64,000 bases of DNA from an uncultured virus (IMG/VR IMGVR_UViG_2061766007_001169) (taxonomy: Duplodnaviria; Heunggongvirae; Uroviricota; Caudoviricetes): the IMG/VR virus record IMGVR_UViG_2061766007_001169, one strand, 5' to 3'. The notes beneath the pieces are model-generated. The model made no database searches, was not told the DNA's origin, and was given only the letters and a program-made list of their open reading frames with translations. The translations under genes were made by a program, and so were the position numbers. Every line of letters begins with the position of its first letter. Position 1 is the stretch's first letter. Of the stretch, positions 50,393-62,283 are shown piece after piece.

Positions 50393-50443
50393 AGTACACA
50401 ATTTCCACCGCGATACTCTGGTACATTTATTCCCAGAAAAGAC

Positions 50444-50473
50444 TTGATAATATGTGCTTTCAGAGTGATATAT
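50444..50473 (+). promoter_or_regulatory. Promoter-like motif copy
   Basis: TTGATA-N12-AGAGTGATATAT. Confidence 0.65.
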
Positions 50474-50504
50474 GTACATACCAAAACGAACGGAGGACAA
50501 CACC

Positions 50505-50783
50505 ATGACGATCAACGATGCAATGAGAACCTACAGACTGCCGAACCCCACCACGCCGGAGGATCTGGAATGCCGCTGGAGCAAGATACTGAACTTTGGA
50601 GACAAGGTGCTGCTTGCCGGGTATTACTACAACGGGCAGAACAAGCCTTCCTACTTCGGAGCGGTATACGAGTACCTTGAGGACGGCAGGCACGACTGCG
50701 AAAGCGCCATCGGGCTTTACGCCGCAAGCGAGGTAGAGTTCGAGGATGACGGCCACGCGATCGCCTGGGCGATGCAGCAGTAA
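50505..50783 (+). CDS. Conserved hypothetical protein
   Basis: Homolog of 30999-31274. Confidence 0.8.
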   Translation: MTINDAMRTYRLPNPTTPEDLECRWSKILNFGDKVLLAGYYYNGQNKPSYFGAVYEYLEDGRHDCESAIGLYAASEVEFEDDGHAIAWAMQQ

Positions 50784-50896
50784 AACACGGTAACAAAACC
50801 CCAAGGGACGAGCCGAAAGGCTCTGTCTCTCGTACAGATACTTTTTTGAAGTCGCAGGGATGCGGCTATTTTTTATGCCATTTTCGGAAGGAGGAG

Positions 50897-52247
50897 ATGC
50901 CATTGGCAGTAAGAAAGTTGAAGAAATACACGCCGACTAAGTTCATGGCGGATACCTCTCACTACGATAAAGACCTCGCCGACTATGCCGTACTGTTCAT
51001 CGAGCAGCTCTGCCATACCAAAGGCACGTGGGCGGGAAAGCCCTTTGAACTGATCGACTGGCAGGAGCAGATCATCCGCGACCTGTTCGGCGTGATAAAG
51101 GACAACGGATACCGGCAGTTCAACACGGCATACATCGAGATACCGAAAAAGCAGGGCAAGTCAGAACTTGCGGCAGCGGTGGCGCTTCTCCTTACTTGTG
51201 GCGACGGCGAGGAACGCGCCGAGGTCTACGGCTGTGCCGCTGACCGCAACCAGGCAAAGATCGTCTTTGACGTTGCTGTGGATATGGTGCGGTTCTGCCC
51301 GGCGCTCTCCAAGCGTGTGAAGATACTCGGCTCACAGAAAAGGCTCGAATATCTGCCTACGCATAGCTTTTATCAAGTGCTTTCAGCGGATGTGGCAAAC
51401 AAGCACGGCTTCAATACCCACGGCGTTATCTTCGATGAGCTGCACACGCAGCCGAACCGAAAGCTGTTTGACGTTATGACGAAGGGTTCCGGCGATGCGA
51501 GGATGCAGCCGCTGTTCTTCCTCATAACCACGGCGGGCAATGATACACACTCTATCTGCTATGAACAGCACGAGAAGGCTCTGGACATCATGAGCGGCAG
51601 GAAAATCGATCCGACCTTTTATCCCGTTATCTACGGTGCGGACGAGTCGGAGGACTGGACTGATCCCAAGGTCTGGAAGAAAGCAAATCCCTCCCTCGGC
51701 ATTACGGTCGGTATCGACAAGGTAAAAGCCGCCTGTGACTCCGCAAAGCAGAATCCGGGCGAAGAGAATGCTTTCCGCCAGCTGCGCTTGAACCAATGGG
51801 TAAAGCAGTCGGTCAGATGGATGCCGATGGACAAGTGGGACGGCTGTGCTTTCCCAGTCGATGAGGATGACCTGGAAGGGCGCATCTGCTACGGCGGACT
51901 CGATCTTTCAAGCACCACGGACATCACGGCGTTCGTGTTGGTGTTCCCTCCGCANNNNNNNNNNGTTCGGACAGGGCTTCAAGGACATGAGTCCACCTAC
52001 CAAGGAACTGATGAAGCTGACGCTTGAAAAGAAACTGGCGCACGGTGGGCATCCCGTCCTGCGGTGGATGATGGACAACATCTTCATCCGGCAGGACCCG
52101 GCGGGAAACATCAAGGCGGATAAGGAAAAGTCCACAGAGAAAATTGACGGCGCAATCGCAACGATCATGGCTCTTGACCGTGCCATCCGCTGCGGAAACG
52201 ACAACACTGCCTCGGTCTATGACAGCCGCGGCATTTTATTCATATGA
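50897..52247 (+). CDS. Terminase large subunit (gap; missing piece misplaced at 53836-54087)
   Basis: PKKQGKS, IFDELH, GLDLS, KIDG. Confidence 0.9.
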
Positions 52248-52261
52248 GAGGAGAAAAAGCT

Positions 52262-53596
52262 ATGGGTATTTTCAACAGATGGTTCAGAGGACGGGACGCT
52301 CCCAAGGACTCCACAGCAGGCAGTTCGTACCGTTTCTTTTTCGGCGGCACGACTTCCGGCAAGGCCGTGACGGAACGCTCCGCCATGCAGATGACGGCGG
52401 TGTATTCCTGCGTGAGGATACTTGCCGAGGCGATAGCCGGACTTCCCCTGCACCTCTACCGATACGGCGAGGACGGCAGCAAGGAGAAGGCACTCGACCA
52501 TCCGCTTTATGCATTGCTCCACGATGAGCCGAACCCGGAAATGACATCGTTCGTTTTCAGGGAAACGCTCATGACGCATCTATTGCTGTGGGGCAACGCC
52601 TATGCGCAGATCATCCGCAACGGCAAGGGCGAGGTCATGGCTCTGTATCCGCTGATGCCGAACCGCATGACCGTTGACCGTGATGAACAGGGGCAGCTCT
52701 ATTACGAGTACCGCACCACACAGGATGACGCCCATACCATGAAAGGTTCCGTGGTCAGGCTCTCGCCGAGGGACGTGCTTCATGTTCCCGGTCTGGGCTT
52801 TGACGGATTAGTCGGATACAGTCCTATCGCTATGGCAAAGAACGCCATCGGGCTTGCCATCGCTACGGAGGAATACGGCTCTAAGTTCTTTGCAAACGGT
52901 GCGACGCCTGGCGGCATCCTGGAGCATCCCGGTGTGGTAAAAGATCCGGAGCGCGTGAGAGACAGCTGGAACTCAGCCTTCGGCGGAAGCGCCAATGCAA
53001 ACAAGGTAGCGGTTTTGGAGGAAGGCATGAAATACACGCCTATCTCCATCAGCCCGAACGAGGCGCAGTTCCTCGAAACGAGAAAGTTCCAGATAGACGA
53101 AATAGCGAGGATATTCCGTGTGCCGCCGCATATGATCGGCGACCTTGAGAAGTCCTCGTTTTCCAATATCGAGCAACAATCGCTTGAGTTTGTGAAGTAC
53201 ACGCTTGATCCGTGGGTGTGCCGATGGGAACAGTCCATGCAGAGGGCACTCTTAAAGCCTGATGAAAAGACGCTGTATTTCTTGAAGTTCAATGTGGACG
53301 GTCTGCTCCGGGGCGACTATCAGAGCCGCATGAACGGCTACGCTGTCGGACGGCAGAACGGCTGGATGTCCGCAAACGACATCAGGGAACTTGAAAACCT
53401 CGACCGCATTGCCAAAGAGGACGGCGGCGACCTGTATCTCGTGAACGGGAACATGGTGCCGCTGGTATCCGCGGGAGCGGCGTATGCGGCAACCACAGAG
53501 GAAACGGAGGAACCTTCAAGTGAAGAAACACAAGAAACAACACAGGAATCGGAGCAATCCGATAGGGTACGGGAAAGGAGGCAGAAATCCCTATGA
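52262..53596 (+). CDS. HK97-family portal protein
   Basis: Homolog of 27930-29258. Confidence 0.92.
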   Translation: MGIFNRWFRGRDAPKDSTAGSSYRFFFGGTTSGKAVTERSAMQMTAVYSCVRILAEAIAGLPLHLYRYGEDGSKEKALDHPLYALLHDEPNPEMTSFVFRETLMTHLLLWGNAYAQIIRNGKGEVMALYPLMPNRMTVDRDEQGQLYYEYRTTQDDAHTMKGSVVRLSPRDVLHVPGLGFDGLVGYSPIAMAKNAIGLAIATEEYGSKFFANGATPGGILEHPGVVKDPERVRDSWNSAFGGSANANKVAVLEEGMKYTPISISPNEAQFLETRKFQIDEIARIFRVPPHMIGDLEKSSFSNIEQQSLEFVKYTLDPWVCRWEQSMQRALLKPDEKTLYFLKFNVDGLLRGDYQSRMNGYAVGRQNGWMSANDIRELENLDRIAKEDGGDLYLVNGNMVPLVSAGAAYAATTEETEEPSSEETQETTQESEQSDRVRERRQKSL

Positions 53597-55170
53597 ACAG
53601 AAAGTTTTGGAACTGGGTGAAAAACGAGGAGCCGGATTCATTCGGCAGCGACCGAACGCTCTACCTCGACGGGGAAATATCCGATGAGACATGGTACGGC
53701 GATGAGGTCACTCCCTCGCTTTTCAAGCAGGAACTGGAGAGCGGCGATGGCAACATCACGCTCTGGATCAACTCACCGGGCGGCGATGTGTTCGCGGCGG
53801 CGCAAATCTACAATATGCTGATGGANNNNNNNNNNGGATGACAAGTACTGCATCCTGCCGTACTTCTGGGTGCCGGAAGAGACGCTCGACCTGCGAGTAA
53901 AGCGCGACCATGTTCCCTACGATGTCTGGGAGCGGCAAGGGTATCTTGAAACCACCGAGGGCAACGTCATCCACTACGGATACATCGAAAAATTCATCGA
54001 GAACCTCGGTGAACGGTTCAACATCCGGGAGATCGCCTTCGACCGATGGGGAGCCGTGCAGATGGTGCAGAACCTTGAGGGCATGGGNNNNNNNNNNACG
54101 ACCGCATGGAAAAAGAGGTCACCGACCTCACGCACGACATCGAGAGGCTCCAGCGCCAGGAGGAGATCGAGAAGATGATGAACGCTCCGACTTCCTCTCC
54201 GCTGACCGCCAAGCCCGGTGTGACCGAGGACAAGAGTGAGCCGACCGGCAGAGCGTCCGCCGCCTACAAGAAGGCGTTCTGGGACAACATCCGTCATCCC
54301 GGCAATCCCGCCGTCCGCAATGTGCTGGAGGAAGGCAGCGACGCCAACGGCGGCTATCTCGTTCCGATCGAATTCGAGCATACCCTTGTGCAGGCGCTCA
54401 ATGAGAACAACATCATGCGTACCATCGGCTGCAAGATCATCACCACGCAGAANNNNNNNNNNTGGAACTTATGGAAAAGCGCGCAAAGGCATGGGAGGCG
54501 GCGAAGAACTTCCTCGACAGCCATTCCGACAACGGCGGCAATGTGTCCGCGGAGGATGCAGCCACCTACGACAGGATGGAAAAAGAAGTCACCGACCTCA
54601 CGCACGACATCGAGAGACTTCAGCGCCAGGAGGAGATCGAGAAGATGATGAACGCTCCGACTTCCTCTCCNNNNNNNNNNTTATCCACATGACGTGACCG
54701 TCAAGATCGACGCCCTTGCTGCATCGGCGGCATCCGTCATCGCTATGGCAGGCACGAAGGTGCTGATGAGTCCCGTGGCGATGATCATGGTGCATAATCC
54801 CGCAACCATCGCAATCGGCGACAGCGAGGAGATGCAGAGAGCCATCGATATGCTCGCCGAGGTCAAGGAAAGCATCATGAACGCTTATGAGATCAAGTCG
54901 GGCTTGTCCCGCCACAAGATTTCGCAGCTCATGGACGCCGAGACCTGGATGAACGCAAAGGAGGCCGTGAAGCTGGGCTTTGCCGATGAGATCCTCTTTG
55001 CCGGAAAGAAGGAAGATGAACCTTCCGATGACGGCACGGAGATGCTCTTTTCACGCAAGGCTGTGACGGATTCGCTCCTTTCAAAGCTGATCCCGAAACG
55101 CCCGGAGAAATCGAAGAACACAGTCAAAGTAACCGACCTTGAGAAGCGCCTGTCGCTTCTCTCACACTAA
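53593..55170 (+). CDS. ClpP-like prohead protease in two pieces (53593-53825 and 54671-55170) separated by misplaced terL/capsid fragments
   Basis: INSPGGDVF; AASAAS..MVHNP..GFADEI. Confidence 0.8.
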
Positions 55171-55189
55171 TTTTATGGAGGTATTTATC

Positions 55190-56342
55190 ATGACCAAGAT
55201 TANNNNNNNNNNNNNNNNNNNNNNNNNNNNNNNNNNNNNNNNNNNNNNNNNNNNNNNNNNNNNNNNNNNNNNNNNNNNNNNNNNNNNNNNNNNNNNNNNN
55301 NNNNNNNNNNNNNNNNNNNNNNNNNNNNNNNNNNNNNNNNNNNNNNNNNNNNNNNNNNNNNAAAGCCCGGCGCCGCAGAGGACAAGGAAGAAAAGACCGG
55401 CAGAGCATCCGCCGCTTACAAGAAGGCGTTCTGGGATAACATCCGTCATCCCGGCAATCCGGCTGTCCGCAACGTGCTGGAAGAGGGCACCGATGCCAAC
55501 GGCGGCTATCTCGTCCCTATCGAGTTCGAGCATACCCTTGTGCAGGCGCTCAACGAGAACAACATCATGCGTACCATCGGCTGCAAGATCATCACCACGC
55601 AGAANNNNNNNNNNTGTGGCGAACGGCCACACGCAGGCGGCATGGACGGCGGAGAACGGCGCCTATACCGAGAGCAATCCTACCTTCGGGCAGACCAGCA
55701 TTGACGCTTTCAAGCTGACTGACCTCATCAAGGTGTCCGATGAGCTGCTTTCCGACAGCTTCTTCGATATCGAGGGCTACATCTCCGAGGAGTTCGGTCG
55801 TGCCTTCGGTGAAGCCGAGGAGGACGCCTTCATCAACGGCGCGATCCAGACCGGGCAGACGTCTATCGACAGACCGACAGGACTGTTCATTCCTTCTGCC
55901 GCTGGCGGCGCTCCGTCCGGCGTGACGGCTNNNNNNNNNNNNNNNNNNNNNTGTGTATTCCCTCAAGGCTCCGTACCGCGGCAAGGCAAAGTTCCTCATG
56001 AACGATGCCACCGTTGCGGCCATCAGAAAACTCAAGGATCTGAACGGCGTCTATGTATGGCAGCCTGCCCTTACCGCAGGCGAGCCTGACAGACTGCTCG
56101 GATATCCGCTCTACACCTCTCCGAAGGTGCCTACGATGGCGGCGGGTGCGAGAGCCATCGCGTTCGGTGATTTCTCCTGCTACTGGATCGCAGACAGAGC
56201 GGGGCGCACCATCAAGCGTCTGAACGAGCTTTACGCTACCAACGGTCAGGTCGGCTTTACCTGCACGGAACGTGTGGACGGCAAGCTGATCCTTGCGGAA
56301 GGCATCAAGATCCTCGACATGAAGGCGACTTCCGGTTCTTAA
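55190..56342 (+). CDS. HK97-fold major capsid protein (gaps)
   Basis: Near-identical to 26035-27258; extra variants at 54098-54452 and 54463-54670. Confidence 0.88.
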
Positions 56343-56361
56343 GGAGAGGAAGTGAACGACC

Positions 56362-56697
56362 GTGGCACTGATTTCAACTGAAGACGCGAAGGCTTATCTG
56401 CGCGTAGATTCTGCGGATGAGGATGCCACGGTCGGCATCCTCTTAGCCTCCGCCATCCGTTTATGTGTCGATATTGCAAGGCTGACCGATGAGCAATGGG
56501 AAGTGATCGATTCGGATGCTGAGTCCTCCGAGGATTACACGGAGTCGGAACTTTCCGCCATCCGGGAGACGATGAAAGTAGCAATCCTTTATTCCTGTGC
56601 CTATTTCTTTGAACACAGGGAGGACGCTGACCATCACGCGCTGACATTGACGCTGCGCTCCCTGCTCTTTGCAATACGGGAAGGAGCGTTCTCATGA
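56362..56697 (+). CDS. gp6-like head-tail connector
   Basis: AKAYLRVD..D..VAILY..YFFEHRE. Confidence 0.82.
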   Translation: MALISTEDAKAYLRVDSADEDATVGILLASAIRLCVDIARLTDEQWEVIDSDAESSEDYTESELSAIRETMKVAILYSCAYFFEHREDADHHALTLTLRSLLFAIREGAFS

Positions 56698-57047
56698 ATA
56701 TAGCAGCTATGCGGGTGCGCGTCACCTTTCAGAAAAATACGGTCATCGTAGACAAGTACGGTAACCACAAAAACGGGTGGGCGGATTATTTCTCCTGCTG
56801 GGCGACCGCAGGCTCCAACAATGCGGTAAGCGGGACGGGGACCGGCTCTGAAAGCACGGGTGTTGTTATCCGCTCCGAAGAGTCCCTTTCCTTTACCTGC
56901 AGGTGGTGTTCCGAACTTGCCGCCGTGGAGTCCACGAAATATAGGATCGTCTGCGAGGGCAAGACCTACAACATCATCTATGTGAATCCGATGGGCTTCA
57001 AGCATAACAGCATCAAGTTTTCCTGCGAACTGGAGGGTCAGTCATGA
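56694..57047 (+). CDS. Head closure protein
   Basis: MNIAAMRVRVTFQ..D.YGN..W..YRI..YNI. Confidence 0.8.
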   Translation: MNIAAMRVRVTFQKNTVIVDKYGNHKNGWADYFSCWATAGSNNAVSGTGTGSESTGVVIRSEESLSFTCRWCSELAAVESTKYRIVCEGKTYNIIYVNPMGFKHNSIKFSCELEGQS

Positions 57048-57424
57048 GCCGCCGGGTATCCGTGGACGGCATGGCGGACGCCATCATGGAGGAGCTGACG
57101 AAGTACTCTGACCTTGCCGCCGATGAACTGAAAGCCGCCGTGAAAGAGACGGCGCAGTCGGTACGCAAGGACATCCAGGCATCCGCTCCGTCACGCACGG
57201 GAAAATACAAGAAATCGTGGTCGGTAAAGACCGTGAAGGAATCCTCGGAAACCATCGACCTGGTGGTGCATTCCAAAAACCGCTATCAGATAGCGCACCT
57301 TCTGGAACACGGCCACGCCAAGCGCGGCGGAGGACGGGTCGCGGCAAGACCGCATATCGCTCCCGCCGAACAGGCAGGAAACGAAAAGCTGGTAAAGACC
57401 ATCGAGCAGAAGCTGAAAGGATGA
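57044..57424 (+). CDS. HK97 gp10-like protein
   Basis: RTGKYKKSW..HLLEHGH..PHIAPA. Confidence 0.82.
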   Translation: MSRRVSVDGMADAIMEELTKYSDLAADELKAAVKETAQSVRKDIQASAPSRTGKYKKSWSVKTVKESSETIDLVVHSKNRYQIAHLLEHGHAKRGGGRVAARPHIAPAEQAGNEKLVKTIEQKLKG

Positions 57425-57429
57425 TGCCT

Positions 57430-57759
57430 ATGACACACGAAGAAATCGTAACCATGCTGGAGGAGGCGAACCTTCCTCTTGCCTATGACCATTTTGCGGA
57501 GGGCGAGTCGCCTGATCCGCCTTTTTTAATCTTCCTCTTTCCGGGGACGGACAATATGTTCGCCGACAATAAGGTGTGGCAGAAGATCAACCAGCTGAAC
57601 ATCGAACTGTACACGGACGAGAAGTCGCCGGAAACGGAAGAAACAATCGAGAACATCCTGGACTCCTACGAGATCCCCTACGAGAAGTCGGAGTACTGGA
57701 TCGAATCGGAAAAGATGTATGAAGTGCTTTATCAAACAGAAATTTTAGGAGGTAACTGA
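57430..57759 (+). CDS. Tail terminator-like protein
   Basis: FADN..IELYTD..WIESEKMYEVLY. Confidence 0.75.
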   Translation: MTHEEIVTMLEEANLPLAYDHFAEGESPDPPFLIFLFPGTDNMFADNKVWQKINQLNIELYTDEKSPETEETIENILDSYEIPYEKSEYWIESEKMYEVLYQTEILGGN

Positions 57760-57761
57760 CT

Positions 57762-58684
57762 ATGGCAACGAAAAAGAACAAAGTCAAGTTCGGTCTGAAG
57801 AACTGCCATTACGCCCTGGTCACGCTTGCGGATGATGGTACCGCCACATTCGGCACGCCTGTGGCTATGCCGGGCGCCGTATCCCTTTCGCTTGACGCGG
57901 AGGGTGAAAACGAGCCGTTCTACGCCGATGATTCCGTGTACTACATGGTATCGGACAACAACGGCTATTCCGGCGATCTGGAACTTGCGCTTATCCCGGA
58001 GAGTTTCCTTACGGACATCATGCACGAGACCGAGGACAGCAACGGCGTTCTCTATGAGAACAAGGACGTGGAGCCGGAACATTTTGCCCTGCTTTTCGAG
58101 TTCACGGGCGACCAGAGGAAGATCCGCCACTGTATGTATTACTGCTCGGCGAGCCGTCCTTCCNNNNNNNNNNTGACTGGGACTACGCGCAGGTCGCTAC
58201 CCAGGAGCAGATGGACAGATTTTAACGAAGGGAGGCAGGACGCATGGCTGACAGAATTAAGGGCATAACAGTCGAGATCGGCGGCGATACGACCGGCCTC
58301 TCGAAAGCCCTGTCNNNNNNNNNNAAAGGGAGATGACAACGCCGTTGTTCCTGCTCCGGTGTGTGCAGATCGGGCTTTCCATCTCGGAACTCGATCTGCT
58401 CACCATCGGGACGGTGAACGATATGTATGCGGAAATGTCAAATGACGACTGGGACTACGCGCAAGTCGCTACCCAAGAGCAGATGGACAGATTTTANNNN
58501 NNNNNNATCCGGCAATACCCGCGAGGATTCTACCGAGGTGCAGACAGAAACACTCTCGCTGACCGTTTCCCCTCTGCCGAGCGGACTGGTGAAGGTCAAG
58601 ACCGGGACGAACACCACGGCGGCTGTCTATGACGCCTGGTACAACTCGGTATATGAGATTTCAACCGAAAGCAGCGGCGAGTAA
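57762..58684 (+). CDS. Major tail protein (pieces 57762-58163 and 58507-58684)
   Basis: NKVKFGLKN..FYADD..GYSGDLELA..FALLFEF. Confidence 0.82.
58325..58496 (+). CDS. Tail chaperone extension (gpT-like), misplaced fragment
   Basis: MTTPLFLLRCVQIGLSI..ATQEQMDRF; duplicate 3' end precedes the TMP start at 58244. Confidence 0.65.
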
Positions 58685-58698
58685 GGAGGGCTTAAATC

Positions 58699-59064
58699 AT
58701 GGCAGTAACAAAAACAATCGCCGTTGACGGCAAAGACGTGACTTTCCGTGCGTCTGCCGCCATCCCACGGCTTTACAGAAACAAGTTCCATAGGGACATT
58801 TACCGTGACCTGAACGAACTTCAGAAAGGGATCGATGAGAACAGTGCCGGGGAATCCAACCTCGACACTTTTTCTTTGGAACTTTTCGAGAACATTGCGT
58901 GGCTCATGGCAAGGCACGCCGACTCTGCCGTTCCCGACTCTCCCGAAGAGTGGCTGGACGGCTTCAACACCTTTTCCATCTACGAGGTGCTGCCGCAGAT
59001 CATTGAACTGTGGAGCATCAACACGCAGCAGCAGGTCGAGTCTAAAAAAAACGTCCCGCCACGG
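58699..59064 (+). CDS. Tail assembly chaperone (gpG-like)
   Basis: FRASAAIPRLYR..F.RDI..; ends ESKKN with AAAAAAAAC run before gap. Confidence 0.78.
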
Positions 59065-59239
59065 NNNNNNNNNNTACTGAAACTTGATCCTACGAATACA
59101 ACGCTCCTTCAGCAGAAACAGCAGCTTTTGAAAACTGCTATCTCTGAAACCAAGGACAAGCTGACACAGCTGAAATCCGTGCAGGATCAGATNNNNNNNN
59201 NNGTCCACGCAGACACAGCTGAAGGACGTCAATAAATTA

Positions 59240-62071
59240 TTGAAGCTTGATCCTACGAATACAACGCTCCTTCAGCAGAAACAGCAGCTCTTAAAGACTG
59301 CTATCTCTGAAACCAAGGACAAGCTGACGCAGCTGAAATCCGTGCAGGATCAGATGGATGAGGGCTTGAAGAACGGCACGGTCACACAGCAGCAGTATGA
59401 CGCCTGGCAGAGGGAGATCGTAGAAACAGAAAACGAACTGAAGAACCTGCAAAAAGAACTGGACAATTCCTCCACGGCAATGACGAAAATGACTGCCGCC
59501 GGGGAGAAACTCCAGTCTGTGGGCGATACCATTTCCGGCGTGGGAAAGAAGATGCTGCCCGTGACCGCAGGCATCACGGCGCTCGGAACGGCGGCTGTCA
59601 CCACGGCGGCAAACTTTGAATCGTCCATGTCGCAGGTGCAGGCTACGATGGGCATCACCAAGGATTCCATGTCCGAGGTGGACGGGCAGTCCGTCAATAC
59701 GATGGACGCGCTCACAGACCTTGCAAAGCAGATGGGCGAAACCACGGCATTTTCCGCCACGGAGTGCGCCGAGGCGTTAAACTACCTCGCGCTTGCCGGA
59801 TATGATACACAGGAAATGGTGGACACGCTGCCGACCGTTCTGAACCTTGCCGCCGCGGGCGGTATGGAACTTGCCACGGCATCGGATATGGTAACGGACG
59901 CCATGTCCGCTCTCGGCATGGAAACATCCGATGCGGATGTCATGGTCGACCAGATGGCAAAGACCGCGTCCAGCACCAATACTTCCGTAGAGCAGCTCGG
60001 CGAGGGCATTCTTAAGATTGGCGCGACAGCAAGGAGCGTAAAGGGTGGTACGGCGGAACTGAACACGGCGCTCGGCATCCTTGCCAATAACGGCATCAAG
60101 GGAGCCGAGGGCGGCACACACCTCCGTAATGTCATCCTCTCTTTGCAGGAGGGCTGTGAGAACGGCGCTATCGCTGTGGGCGATATGTCTGTCCAGGTCT
60201 ATGACGCTGAGGGAAATATGCGTTCCCTCAATGACATCCTCGGCGACATGAACACGGCGATGGACGGCATGACTGCCGAAGAGAAAAACAACATCATCAG
60301 TAAGATCTTCAATAAGACAGACCTTGCGTCTGTCAATGCGCTCCTCGCCAATACGGGTGATACCTGGGATGAACTGCAGAATTCCATCACCAATTCCGCA
60401 GGCGCGGCGCAGCAGATGGCGGACACGCAGCTTGACAACCTGCAGGGACAGCTGACGCTTTTGAAGTCTGCCCTGGAGGGGCTTGCCATCTCCATCGGTC
60501 AGATTCTGATGCCTTATATCAAGTCCATCGTTTCTCACATTCAGAGTTTCGTGGACTGGCTGAACAATCTTGACGAGCGGACGCAGAAGATCATCGTGAC
60601 GGTGGCGCTCGTAGTAGCGGCAATTGGTCCCGTGCTGATCATCGTGGGCAAGGTCATCTCCTCGGTCGGTACGATCATGACGATCATTCCGAAGATCGTG
60701 TCGCTGATGGGAACGGTCAAGACCGCTATGGCGGGGCTGAACGCTACGATGGCGGCGAACCCCATCGGCCTTATCATTACGGCGATAGGTCTTTTGGTAG
60801 CGGCGTTCATTTACCTTTGGAACAACTGCGAAGGTTTCCGGGAGTTCTGGATCAACCTCTGGGAGAAGGTCAAAGAGATAGCGGTCACCGTATGGAACGC
60901 CATCAAGGATTTCTTTGTGTCCGTATGGGAGGCTATCAGCGGAACCTTTACGACTGTGGTTACCGCGATCAGGGATTTCCTGTCCTCCGCCTGGGAGGGC
61001 ATCAAAAATACAGTCAGCACGGTGATGAATGCCATTCATACGGTGATCTCCACGGTGTGGAATACGATAAAAACGGTATTCGAGACTGTTTTCAATGTCA
61101 TAAAGACTGTGGTCACGACCTATTTCAATATCTACAAGACCATCATCGAAACGGTGCTGAATGTCATAAAGACTGTGGTGACTACGGTGGTGAACGCAAT
61201 CAAGACAGTCATTACCACGGTCTGGAACGCCATAAAAACCGCTGTCGAAACCGTTGTGAATGCTATAAGGACAGCGGTCACCACGGCATGGAATGCGATA
61301 AGCACCACCACATCGACCATCTTCAATACCGTAAAGACTGTGATTTCTACGGTTTGGAACGCAATTAAAACAGCGGTTACGACCATCGTCAATGCGATCC
61401 ATACCGCCATCAGCACAGCCTGGAATGCTGTCAAAACCACGACCTCCACGGTTTTCAATGCCGTAAAGAGTGTGGTCACTTCCGTGTGGAACGGCATAAA
61501 GACGGCGATCATGAATGTGGTCAACACAATAAAATCCGGCATCACGAACGGCTTCAATGCGATCAAGAGTACCGTCTCCAATATCGTGAACGGCATCAAG
61601 AATACCATCTCCAATGTGTTCAATACCATCTGGAGTACGGTTTCCGGCATCGTGAACAAGCTGAAAAGCGTGTTCAACTTCAGCTGGAGCCTGCCGAAGA
61701 TCAAGCTGCCGCATTTCTCCATAACGGGCAGCTTCTCGCTGAACCCGCCGTCCATTCCGCATTTCTCTGTGGACTGGTACAAGAAGGCAATGTCGGGCGG
61801 CATGATCCTAAAGGACGCCACGATCTTTGGACAGAGTGGAAATACGCTCCTTGGCGGCGGAGAAGCCGGGGACGAGGCTGTGGTGGGCGTGTCCTCCCTT
61901 CGTTCTATGATTCAGGACGCTGTGCAGGGCGCGGCTCTGTCGCTTTCGGGTGACCAGCCGCTTATCAACATCGAAGAAATGAGCGTGAGGAGCGACGACG
62001 ATATCCGCAAGATTTCTCAGCAGCTGAACACGCTCTTAAATGCCGGCAGACGAGCGAAAGGATATATCTGA
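59240..62071 (+). CDS. Tape measure protein (TP901-like core; 5' end MADRIKGITVEIG misplaced at 58244-58314)
   Basis: FESSMSQV..TAFSATE..; 11/22-residue W/F repeats. Confidence 0.9.
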   Translation: MKLDPTNTTLLQQKQQLLKTAISETKDKLTQLKSVQDQMDEGLKNGTVTQQQYDAWQREIVETENELKNLQKELDNSSTAMTKMTAAGEKLQSVGDTISGVGKKMLPVTAGITALGTAAVTTAANFESSMSQVQATMGITKDSMSEVDGQSVNTMDALTDLAKQMGETTAFSATECAEALNYLALAGYDTQEMVDTLPTVLNLAAAGGMELATASDMVTDAMSALGMETSDADVMVDQMAKTASSTNTSVEQLGEGILKIGATARSVKGGTAELNTALGILANNGIKGAEGGTHLRNVILSLQEGCENGAIAVGDMSVQVYDAEGNMRSLNDILGDMNTAMDGMTAEEKNNIISKIFNKTDLASVNALLANTGDTWDELQNSITNSAGAAQQMADTQLDNLQGQLTLLKSALEGLAISIGQILMPYIKSIVSHIQSFVDWLNNLDERTQKIIVTVALVVAAIGPVLIIVGKVISSVGTIMTIIPKIVSLMGTVKTAMAGLNATMAANPIGLIITAIGLLVAAFIYLWNNCEGFREFWINLWEKVKEIAVTVWNAIKDFFVSVWEAISGTFTTVVTAIRDFLSSAWEGIKNTVSTVMNAIHTVISTVWNTIKTVFETVFNVIKTVVTTYFNIYKTIIETVLNVIKTVVTTVVNAIKTVITTVWNAIKTAVETVVNAIRTAVTTAWNAISTTTSTIFNTVKTVISTVWNAIKTAVTTIVNAIHTAISTAWNAVKTTTSTVFNAVKSVVTSVWNGIKTAIMNVVNTIKSGITNGFNAIKSTVSNIVNGIKNTISNVFNTIWSTVSGIVNKLKSVFNFSWSLPKIKLPHFSITGSFSLNPPSIPHFSVDWYKKAMSGGMILKDATIFGQSGNTLLGGGEAGDEAVVGVSSLRSMIQDAVQGAALSLSGDQPLINIEEMSVRSDDDIRKISQQLNTLLNAGRRAKGYI

Positions 62072-62283
62072 TATGGGATTTTCATTTAACGGTACGACTT
62101 CCCNNNNNNNNNNCTCCATGATACAGGACGCGGTGCAGGGCGCGGCGCTGTCGCTCTCCGGTGACCAGCCGCTTATCAACATACAGGAAATGAGCGTGAG
62201 GAGCGATGATGATATCCGCAAGATTTCGCAGCAGCTGAACACGCTCTTAAATGCCGGCAGGCGGGCGAAAGGATATATCTGAT

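Noticed and set aside
60840..61660. Periodic repeats as CRISPR or VNTR
   Set aside because: They are the 11/22-residue coding repeats of the tape measure protein; no CRISPR array or cas gene seen in the window
59777..61762. 661-aa antisense ORF (also 10159-11298, 36506-37582, 45764-46822)
   Set aside because: Shadow ORFs opposite well-supported genes; no recognisable motifs
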